A stretch of DNA of 64,000 bases from Acidobacteriota bacterium (GTDB taxonomy: Bacteria > Acidobacteriota > Vicinamibacteria > Vicinamibacterales > UBA2999): NCBI GenBank assembly GCA_018000455.1, contig JAGNJW010000024.1, positions 13,632 through 77,631 on the forward strand. The letters run 5' to 3'. The stretch's first letter is position 1; each line of letters starts with the position of its first letter. The translations under genes were made by a program, and so were the position numbers. The notes below the pieces were generated by a model. It did not search any database. It saw only the letters and a list, made by a program, of their open reading frames with translations, and had not been told where the DNA came from. Positions 48,900 through 56,534 of the stretch are shown piece by piece.

Positions 48900-49856
48900 G
48901 TGAACGTCCTCGGGATTGATGCGGGTGGGAGCAAGACCGTGGCGTGGTTGGCTGACGCCAGCGGCCGCGTCGTCGGCGAAGGCCGCGGGAGCGGTGCCAA
49001 CCTGCACAGCGCCGGCGAGCTTGCCACGGAGAAGACTCTCTTCGAGGTGATGCACGCGGCGCTCGGCGATTGCGACGCGATGCCCGGCGTGGTCGCCGTC
49101 GGCATGGCGGGCATGGATCGGCCCGACGACGAGGCCACCGTGCGCGCCATCCTTCGCCGGCTGGGCTGCCGTGGTCAGATCGTGGCCGTCAACGACGCTC
49201 ACGTCGCGCTGGTGGCCGGCGCCGGCGACGCGCCGGGCATCGTCGTCATCGCGGGCACCGGCTCGATCGCTTACGGCATCGGCCCGGCCGGCACGGCAGC
49301 CCGTGCCGGCGGCTGGGGCGAGGTCTACGGCGATGAGGGGTCGGCCTTCTGGGTCGGCGCCCGGGCGCTGGCGGCAGTGGTGCGCGCGGCCGATCGTCGC
49401 GGCCCGGCCACGGCGCTGTCGTCGCTGGTGTTGCGGCACGCCGACAGCGATCGCATCGAGGGTCTCGTGCGCCATGTGCACACGCGGCCCGATCGCCGGC
49501 AGGTCATCGCCGCCATGGCCGGCTTGGTGGCCAGGGCGGAAGCCGGGGGCGATGCGGTGGCCGGGGAGATCCTGCGAGCCGCGGCATCCGAGCTGGTCAT
49601 CGCCGCCAAGTCCGTCATCGAGCAGCTCGGCATGCGTGGCGAGCGCTTCCATGTCGTGCTGTCGGGCGGCCTCTTCAAGATGGCGCCGGCGCTGACGTCG
49701 ATGCTCGGAGCGCTCGTCGCCGACCTGGCGCCGAAGGCGACGGTGGGCATGCTCGCCGATGAACCGGCGCTGGGGGCCGTGCGACTGGCGCTTCAGGCGT
49801 CGCGTGGCGAGCTGCGATTGCCGGTCTACGCCGGCGCCCCGCCGGGGCGCGCATGA
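48900..49856 (+). CDS. BadF/BadG/BcrA/BcrD-type ATPase-family sugar kinase (GlcNAc/MurNAc kinase-like)
   Basis: N-terminal phosphate-1 motif VLGIDAGGSKT, later VIAGTGS and GGWG..YGDEGSAFW, which fits the N-acetylglucosamine-kinase family pattern. Starts at GTG. Confidence 0.75.
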   Translation: MNVLGIDAGGSKTVAWLADASGRVVGEGRGSGANLHSAGELATEKTLFEVMHAALGDCDAMPGVVAVGMAGMDRPDDEATVRAILRRLGCRGQIVAVNDAHVALVAGAGDAPGIVVIAGTGSIAYGIGPAGTAARAGGWGEVYGDEGSAFWVGARALAAVVRAADRRGPATALSSLVLRHADSDRIEGLVRHVHTRPDRRQVIAAMAGLVARAEAGGDAVAGEILRAAASELVIAAKSVIEQLGMRGERFHVVLSGGLFKMAPALTSMLGALVADLAPKATVGMLADEPALGAVRLALQASRGELRLPVYAGAPPGRA

Positions 49857-50578
49857 CGCTCTATCTCGTCGACGATCACGGCGCCGCCACCGCGCGCGTC
49901 ACGACGCTGGTGGCGACCGCTGTCCGCGAGCTGCCGTCGATCGTGCTCGGCCTGCCGACCGGCCAGACGCCCCTGACCTTGTATGGGGAGCTGGCGGCCG
50001 CCGGCCTCGACTGGTCGGGTGCACGCACGTTCAACATCGACGAATTCGCGACCCTCTCCGCCGACCACGCCGGGTCGTTTCGCCGCTTCATGGATCAGCA
50101 CCTCTTCCGCCACATCAACCTTCCGCTCGAGGCGATCGGTTTCCTGCGCGGGGACGCGCCCGATGAGGCGGCCGAATGCGTTCGCTACGATGCCGCGGTC
50201 GCCGCCGCGGGTGGACTCGACCTGCTGCTCGTCGGCCTGGGCGCCAACGGACATATCGGGTTCAACGAGCCGGGCGAGTCGCTGCAGGCGGAGTCGCACG
50301 CCGTACACCTCCACGCCTCCACCCGCCGGGCCAATGCCGGTGCCTTCGGCGGCGACTGGCTGAAGGTGCCGGATCGGGCCCTGACCATGGGGATGCGCCA
50401 GGTTCTCTCGGCGCGGCGGGTCGTGATGCTCGCCACGGGACCGTCGAAGGCCGAGGCGGTGGCGGCGATGCTCGATGGGCCGCTCACCACGTGGTGTCCG
50501 GCCTCGTGGCTGCAAACCCATCCCGACGTCACCGTGGTACTCGACCGGGCGGCGGCGGGCGCGCGGACGCCGGGCTAG
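49853..50578 (+). CDS. nagB: Glucosamine-6-phosphate deaminase/isomerase
   Basis: LGLPTGQTPLTLY, FNIDEF and LLLVGLGANGHIGFNEPG, which are the typical NagB family blocks. Has a 4-bp overlap with the kinase gene. Confidence 0.85.
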   Translation: MTLYLVDDHGAATARVTTLVATAVRELPSIVLGLPTGQTPLTLYGELAAAGLDWSGARTFNIDEFATLSADHAGSFRRFMDQHLFRHINLPLEAIGFLRGDAPDEAAECVRYDAAVAAAGGLDLLLVGLGANGHIGFNEPGESLQAESHAVHLHASTRRANAGAFGGDWLKVPDRALTMGMRQVLSARRVVMLATGPSKAEAVAAMLDGPLTTWCPASWLQTHPDVTVVLDRAAAGARTPG

Positions 50579-51528
50579 CGCTGCACTGCGCCCTCGAGCA
50601 GCGCCCGGAGACGCGGTTCGATGTCCTCGCCGATGGCGTCGCGCAGGCGGTCGTCGGCCTTGCGCAACCGGCTCAACGCCTTCTGATAGGACAGGCCGGT
50701 CTTCTGCATCACGATCGCCGCCTTCACGTTCCAGCGGGCGCGCTTCAGCAGGGCGTCGGTGGCCTCGAGCTCGAGACCTGTGACGATGTGCACCATCCGC
50801 CGGGCGCGATCGCGCAGCTTGTCGGAGCCCGTACGGAGGTCGACCATCAGATTGCCGTAGGTCTTGCCGATGAGCACCATGGCCGCCGTCGTGAGCGTGT
50901 TCAGGACGAGCTTGGTCGCGGTGCCGGCCTTGAGCCGTGTCGAGCCGGCGATGGCCTCCGGCCCGACGGCGGGCGCGATCGTCAGGTCGACGAAGCTCTG
51001 CAGCTCGCTGCGCGGATCGCAGGTGACGAAGATGATCCGCGCGCCGGCGCCACGGGCGCTCGTCAGCGCGCCGCGCACGAACGGGGTCATGCCGCTGGCC
51101 GAGACCCCGACGACGACGTCGCGCCTGGTGGGCTTGAGCCGCTTGGTGGCCCTGGCCCCCTGCCCGTAGTCGTCCTCGGCGCCTTCCTTGGCGCGCAGGA
51201 TGGCTGCCTTGCCACCGGCCATGATCGCCTGCACCAGCTGCGGATCGGTGCCGAAGGTCGGTGGCATCTCGGCGGCCTCGACCACCCCCAGGCGGCCGCT
51301 GGTGCCGGCGCCCACGAAAATCACGCGGCCGCCTTTCCCGAGCGCCTTGGCGAGCATGTCGGCGCCCACGGCGATACGGTCGCGCTCGCGCTGCACGGCC
51401 GCCAGGACCTTCTTGTCTTCCGCCAGCATGAGATCGACGACGCCCGCGGCGGACTGCTTGTCGATGGCGAGCGTGGCGGGGTTGATGGCTTCCGTCGGCA
51501 GCGACTGCCACTTCGAGGATGGGGACAT
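50575..51528 (-). CDS. murQ: N-acetylmuramic acid 6-phosphate etherase
   Basis: SIS-domain protein with LPTEAINPAT..ID at the N-terminus, GAGTSGRLG, EDD, VGVSASGMTPFV, GSTRLKAGTATK, and a C-terminal UBA-like segment. ATG at 51528. Confidence 0.88.
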   Translation of the reverse strand: MSPSSKWQSLPTEAINPATLAIDKQSAAGVVDLMLAEDKKVLAAVQRERDRIAVGADMLAKALGKGGRVIFVGAGTSGRLGVVEAAEMPPTFGTDPQLVQAIMAGGKAAILRAKEGAEDDYGQGARATKRLKPTRRDVVVGVSASGMTPFVRGALTSARGAGARIIFVTCDPRSELQSFVDLTIAPAVGPEAIAGSTRLKAGTATKLVLNTLTTAAMVLIGKTYGNLMVDLRTGSDKLRDRARRMVHIVTGLELEATDALLKRARWNVKAAIVMQKTGLSYQKALSRLRKADDRLRDAIGEDIEPRLRALLEGAVQR

Positions 51529-51582
51529 CGGATGGTGGGCGCGTCGATCGCCAACCTCGCATGCTAGCCCCGGCACCTGGCG

Positions 51583-52503
51583 GTGTCAACGACGGCGCCC
51601 CGCGGCGTTTACAATGCCAGTGTCGTGCCGTCCATCGATCGCTACCTGGCGCACCTCGAGCTCGAGCGGCGTGTCTCGCCGCACACGCGCTCGGCCTACG
51701 CGCTCGATCTCGGTAAGCTGGCGGCCTTCGCGGCGGGCGAGGGGACGCTGGTCGAACGGCTGGGTCTCGACGCGTTGGAACGCTTCGTGCGGACGCTGAT
51801 GGCGGAAGGACGTTCGCCTCGCTCGGTCGGGCGCCTGGTGGCGGCCGTGCGCGGCTTCTACCGTTTCGCGTCAGCGGAGCACGCCGTCGAGAACCCGGCC
51901 TCCCAGCTGCAGGCGCCCCGCGCCTGGAAGCCGCTGCCGAAGTTCCTCACCGTCGACGAAGTGGACGCGTTGCTCGGGGCGCCTGACGTGGCTGGTCCGC
52001 GCGGTGTGCGCGATCGCGCCCTGCTCGAACTGCTCTACGCGACGGGCCTGCGCGTGTCGGAACTCCTCGGCCTGACGCTCGCGCAGGTGGACCTCGAAGG
52101 TGGGGTCGTGACGACGATGGGGAAAGGCCGCAAGGAGCGCGTCGTGCCCATCGGCGACGAGGCCGTCCGGTGGATTCGCCGCTACCTTGCGGAGGGGCGC
52201 GGCCGTCTGGTCGGCGCACGTCCGCAGCCGCGGCTGTTCGTCAACACCCGCGGCGGCTCGCTGTCCAGGATGGGCTTCTGGAAGATCCTTCGCGCCTACG
52301 GCGTCGCCGCCGGAGTCAGCCGGGCGATTTCCCCGCACGTGCTACGCCACTCGTTTGCCACCCATCTGCTCGAGCGCGGCGCCGACCTACGGGCGATTCA
52401 AATGATGCTCGGACACGCCGACCTATCCACCACGCAGATCTACACGCACGTGCTCGACGAGCGCCTGCGCTCGGTCTACGAGCGTTTCCATCCGCGCCGA
52501 TGA
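51583..52503 (+). CDS. xerD: Tyrosine recombinase XerD/XerC
   Basis: N-terminal SAM-like domain (YLAHLELERRVSPHTRSAYALDL). Catalytic R...HxxR...Y motifs (GLRVSEL; HVLRHSFATHLLERGADLRAIQMMLGHADLSTTQIYTHV). The start is GTG 51583 or GTG 51625. The XerC versus XerD assignment is tentative. Confidence 0.85.
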   Translation: MSTTAPRGVYNASVVPSIDRYLAHLELERRVSPHTRSAYALDLGKLAAFAAGEGTLVERLGLDALERFVRTLMAEGRSPRSVGRLVAAVRGFYRFASAEHAVENPASQLQAPRAWKPLPKFLTVDEVDALLGAPDVAGPRGVRDRALLELLYATGLRVSELLGLTLAQVDLEGGVVTTMGKGRKERVVPIGDEAVRWIRRYLAEGRGRLVGARPQPRLFVNTRGGSLSRMGFWKILRAYGVAAGVSRAISPHVLRHSFATHLLERGADLRAIQMMLGHADLSTTQIYTHVLDERLRSVYERFHPRR

Positions 52504-54197
52504 CACCCGCGCGTGTCATCGGCGGGGCGGCCCTCGTCCTGGCGCTCGGCGTCGGCCTCGTCGCCTGGCGCGTCAGCCTGCTGCCCGCGCCTCTGCCGCC
52601 GGCCGCTCGGCCGACCGGCCTGCCCGAAGTGCGCGTCGCCTATCACATCCACACCAACCGTTCCGATGGTACCGGCACGGTTGACGAGATCGCTTCTGCC
52701 GCAGCCGACGCCGGTCTCGACGTGGTCATCTTGACCGACCACGGCGACGGCACGCGTCAGCCGATCCCCCCGCATCGCGTCGGTGGCGTTCTCGTCATCG
52801 AAGGCGTCGAGATCAGCAGCTGGGCCGGCCACTACGTGGCCCTCGGCGCTCGAGCGTCGCCGTTCCCGCTCGGTGGCGTGCCCGAGACCGTCGTCGACGA
52901 CGTGGCTCGCCTCGGAGGGTACGGCATCGTCGCCCATCCCGGCTCGGCCAAAGATGACCTGAAGTGGCGCGACTGGGACGCGCCGTTTCCGGCCATCGAG
53001 TGGCTCAATGCCGACAGCGAGTGGCGCGATCGACCGCGCCGCTTGTGGGACGCGGTCGTCACCTACCCATGGGCGCCGGTCGCGACCATCACGGCCTTGC
53101 TCGACCGGCCGGTGTTCGAACTCGCCGAGTGGGACCGCCACGCGGCGATGCGCCCAGTGACCGGGCTGGCCGCCTACGACGCCCACGCGCGTATCGGCCT
53201 GCGCGGAGTGGGCGAACCGTACGACGGCACGGTGGCCCTGCGCGCGCCCGGGTACCGGTCGATGTTCCGTGCCTTCTCGAATGTCGTCGGGCTGGATCGA
53301 GAAGGCTGGGGCGAGGACGCCAGGCGCGACGCCGAGGCCGTCCTGGGCGCGCTCAAGGCGGGGCGCGCCTACACTGTGCTCACCGGGTACGGCGACGGGC
53401 GAGTCGTGACATTCGTCGCGAGTTCGGGCGGCGTGACGGCCGGGATGGGGGAGCACCTTGTGCCATCGGCACCGGTGACCGTGACGGCTGAGACCGTCGC
53501 GCCGTCCACGGCGACGACGACGCTCGTGTGCGACGGTCGCCCGGTGGCATCCGCCGCCGGCGCGCGCCTCACGTGGACGACCACGTCGCCGCCAGGTGCC
53601 TGCCGGCTCGAGGTCGCGCTCGAGGCGGCCGGCTCTCACTCGCCGTGGATCGTCACCAATCCCATCTATATCCGCAGCGAACTGCGACGCGGCGACGTGT
53701 CACGCGTTCTGACTCCGCAGGTCACGGTGCCGATCGCCGCCAGCGGCGAGCGAGCATCGTGGGTTCCGGAAGCGGACCCCGGATCGAGTGCCACCGTCGA
53801 GGCCGTGACGGGACGGGCTGGACGCCTCGAGTACCGGTGGCAGCTCGGCCCGGCAGGCAGCGCGCAATTCGCCGCCATACGCCTGCCGACCCCTTCCGAT
53901 CTCGCCACCTTCGACCGTGTCGTGCTGCGGGCCTTTGCCGATCGGCCGATGCGGGTCTGGCTGCAGCTTCGCACGCCCGCCGATGGCGGGCACCGCTGGG
54001 GCACGTCCATCTATCTCGACGAAACGCCGCGCCAGCTGACGCTGCCGTTCGCGCGGTTCCTCTCGATCGACCGCCGCGCCGGCGCCACGGTGCCACTCGA
54101 CCAGGTCACGGCGCTCCTGCTCGTGACCGACACGGTGCACGCACGCCCCGGCCAGCACGGCACGGTCACCTTCGACGAACTGTGGTTGGCGCGCTGA
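52500..54197 (+). CDS. Membrane-anchored PHP-domain metallohydrolase (CehA/McbA-like) with a C-terminal CIA30/CBM11-like beta-sandwich
   Basis: N-terminal TM (VIGGAALVLALGVGLVAW). PHP motifs VAYHIHTNRSDGTG...VVILTDHGD...IVAHP. The C-terminus (LEYRWQLG...FAAIRL...FDRVVLRAFADRPMRVWLQLR...VTFDELWLA) looks like a CIA30/carbohydrate-binding fold. The ATG overlaps the xerD stop. Confidence 0.65.
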   Translation: MTPARVIGGAALVLALGVGLVAWRVSLLPAPLPPAARPTGLPEVRVAYHIHTNRSDGTGTVDEIASAAADAGLDVVILTDHGDGTRQPIPPHRVGGVLVIEGVEISSWAGHYVALGARASPFPLGGVPETVVDDVARLGGYGIVAHPGSAKDDLKWRDWDAPFPAIEWLNADSEWRDRPRRLWDAVVTYPWAPVATITALLDRPVFELAEWDRHAAMRPVTGLAAYDAHARIGLRGVGEPYDGTVALRAPGYRSMFRAFSNVVGLDREGWGEDARRDAEAVLGALKAGRAYTVLTGYGDGRVVTFVASSGGVTAGMGEHLVPSAPVTVTAETVAPSTATTTLVCDGRPVASAAGARLTWTTTSPPGACRLEVALEAAGSHSPWIVTNPIYIRSELRRGDVSRVLTPQVTVPIAASGERASWVPEADPGSSATVEAVTGRAGRLEYRWQLGPAGSAQFAAIRLPTPSDLATFDRVVLRAFADRPMRVWLQLRTPADGGHRWGTSIYLDETPRQLTLPFARFLSIDRRAGATVPLDQVTALLLVTDTVHARPGQHGTVTFDELWLAR

Positions 54198-54204
54198 CGG
54201 CAGG

Positions 54205-56505
54205 CTACGTGCGCACGGTGAGCAGCAGGTAGACCGCGCCGGCGCCGAAGAGCAAGTTCGGCGCCCAGGCCGCCAGCAGCGTCGGCATGGCGCCGCCGGC
54301 GCCGAAGGCGGCAAAGACACTGATCATGGTCCAGTAGGTGAGCGCGAGGACGATCCCGACACCGACGCCGTAGAGCGCCCCCCGCCGGCCTGTGGTGACG
54401 GCAAACGGTACCCCGATGAGCGTCATGACGAGCGTGACGAACGGGAAGGCGACCTTGCGGTAGAGCGCCACCTCGTCTTCGCGGACGTCGTAGCCGCTGG
54501 CGCGCAGTTCCGCGACGTAGCGCTTGAGCTGCAGGTAGTTCATCTGCGACGGCGGCGGCGCCTCGGTCACAAAGGTGTCTGGTGATTCGAGGGTGAGCGC
54601 CTGCGTCTCGAAGCGCTGATAGGTCGCCACCGACGCGTCGGCGGCGAATTCCCGCGTCCAGCCCTTGCGGGCCTGCCAGGTGCTGGTCGAGGTGTCGGCG
54701 GCGACCGCCACGGCGGCGTAGACGCGCTCGCGCACGAGACCCTCGTCGCCGCTTGCGAAGGCCAGCACCGTGAGCCCGTTCAGCTCGCGGTCTTTCGAGT
54801 TGTAGAACTGGTAGTGGTACAGCCGCCCGTCCTCGCCCGTGAGCCACTTCCGGTTGAGCACGTCGAAGGTCCGTGGCGTCTGGCCGCGGATGATGTAGTT
54901 GAGTTCGGCCGCCTTGCGGTTGGCCGGCCCGAGCACGAACTCCTCGAGTCCGAAGAGCGCGCCCGAGGCGACCAGCGCCGCGACCAGCAGCGGCACGGCG
55001 GTCCGGTAGAGGCTGATGCCGCAGGCCCGCATGACGATGAGCTCGCTCGACTTGGTGAGGGCACCAATGGTGACGACGGCCGCCATCAGCACTGCCAGCG
55101 CGATGATGTAGTAGAGGAACTGCGGCGTCGCCCACCAGAAGTACTCGAGCAGGAGCGCCGTCGTGGCCGTGCCCTTGAACAGCTTGTCCGACAGATCGAT
55201 GAACGTCGAGATGTAGAAGAGGCTGGCCATGCCGATGAGGCACAGCGCGAGCACCCGCAGGTACATCACACCGACGTAGAGGTCGAGCAGCGTCGGGCGC
55301 AGCCACGACAGGTTCGGCACCCGCGACACGAACGAGCCGCGGGTGGCGTTCCACGCGCCGCCGAGGCGGCGGGCGAGGGCCGGTGGCAGCAGGGTGCCGC
55401 TTCGGCGGGCCGGCCGGGCACGCCGCCAGAGGGCGAGGCTCCCGGCCAGGCCCAGCACGATGTTGGGTAGCCAGCGCGCCAACCACGGCTCGAGGTGCCG
55501 GCCCTTGGCCAGCGACTCGCCGAGCCACATCACCGCGTAGTAGATGAAGATGACGGCCAGGCCGAGGACGAAGCTCGCCAGTTTGGCGTCGCGCCGGTCG
55601 GTGGCGCCGAGCGCCACGCCGAGCAGCACGAAGACGAAGCAGGCGGCCGGAATCGAGAACTTCTTGTGGATCTCGAGCCACTGGCCGTGTGAGGAGTCGC
55701 CGCGGCCCTCAAACTCGGCCGCCCGCGCCATCAGTTCCGCAATCGACATCTCGCGTTCGCCGCGCGCCGGGCCCTGACGCGGGAAGACACTTTCCGGATC
55801 GAGCGGCACGATCGTCTCGGCGAAGGTCACCACTTCGTAGCCGTCGGGGTCGCGCTCGGTGGTGTTGTGGCGTGTGCCGTCGATGAGGACCATCTGAATG
55901 GTGCGCTTCGCGCGATCGGCGAGCATGCGGCCGCGCTTGGCCACGTAGAGCACGGGGTGCTCGGGCGAGCGCGTGTCGGCGGCGACGACCCCGGTCCAGC
56001 CGCCGCTGTCCGGAACGTCGCGCACGTAGACCACGAAGCCGGGGAAGTCCTCGAAGAAGACGCGCGGTTTCACTTCGCCCTCGGCGCGGTCGGCGACCAG
56101 GCGGCTGGTGATCTCGCGGAAGGTCTGGTTGGCGTCAGGGATGGCCCAGATGAGCACCCAGGACGTCGCCGCCCAGCCGAGCACGCCGATGAGGAGGGCC
56201 GGCCGGAGCAGCCGCAGCACACTGAGCCCGCAGGCCTGCATCGCGACGACCTCGCGATCGCTCGACAGACGCCCGAGAGCCACCAGCAACCCGACCAGGA
56301 GGGCCATCGGGATCGTGAGCCCCAGTGCCTGGGGCACCAGCGTGCCCATGACACGCGCCACCGCCAGCCAGGGGACGCCCTTGGCGATCATCGTTTCAGC
56401 TTGCGCGATGATGAAGGGGATAATCAGGATGAACGTGAGCACGAGCAACGCAAGCGCGAAGGGCGCCAGGACTTCGCGAATCACGTACCGGTCGAGCGTG
56501 CGCAT
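54205..56505 (-). CDS. Fused LptF-LptG lipopolysaccharide export permease (two YjgP/YjgQ modules in one polypeptide)
   Basis: The N-terminal half starts MRTLDRYVIREVLAPFALALLVLTFILII (LptF type). The second half restarts with LLDLYVGVMYLRVLALCLIGMASLFYISTFIDL (LptG type). Each half has six TMs and a periplasmic beta-jellyroll region. ATG at 56505. Confidence 0.8.
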   Translation of the reverse strand: MRTLDRYVIREVLAPFALALLVLTFILIIPFIIAQAETMIAKGVPWLAVARVMGTLVPQALGLTIPMALLVGLLVALGRLSSDREVVAMQACGLSVLRLLRPALLIGVLGWAATSWVLIWAIPDANQTFREITSRLVADRAEGEVKPRVFFEDFPGFVVYVRDVPDSGGWTGVVAADTRSPEHPVLYVAKRGRMLADRAKRTIQMVLIDGTRHNTTERDPDGYEVVTFAETIVPLDPESVFPRQGPARGEREMSIAELMARAAEFEGRGDSSHGQWLEIHKKFSIPAACFVFVLLGVALGATDRRDAKLASFVLGLAVIFIYYAVMWLGESLAKGRHLEPWLARWLPNIVLGLAGSLALWRRARPARRSGTLLPPALARRLGGAWNATRGSFVSRVPNLSWLRPTLLDLYVGVMYLRVLALCLIGMASLFYISTFIDLSDKLFKGTATTALLLEYFWWATPQFLYYIIALAVLMAAVVTIGALTKSSELIVMRACGISLYRTAVPLLVAALVASGALFGLEEFVLGPANRKAAELNYIIRGQTPRTFDVLNRKWLTGEDGRLYHYQFYNSKDRELNGLTVLAFASGDEGLVRERVYAAVAVAADTSTSTWQARKGWTREFAADASVATYQRFETQALTLESPDTFVTEAPPPSQMNYLQLKRYVAELRASGYDVREDEVALYRKVAFPFVTLVMTLIGVPFAVTTGRRGALYGVGVGIVLALTYWTMISVFAAFGAGGAMPTLLAAWAPNLLFGAGAVYLLLTVRT

Positions 56506-56534
56506 GCGCGGCTGAGTCCGATTGTACCAGCAGC

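Noticed and set aside
49826-51589. 587-aa minus-strand ORF and 463-aa plus-strand ORF overlapping nagB and murQ
   Set aside because: The frames carrying the NagB (+) and MurQ (-) motifs explain the region. The alternatives have nonsense-like composition.
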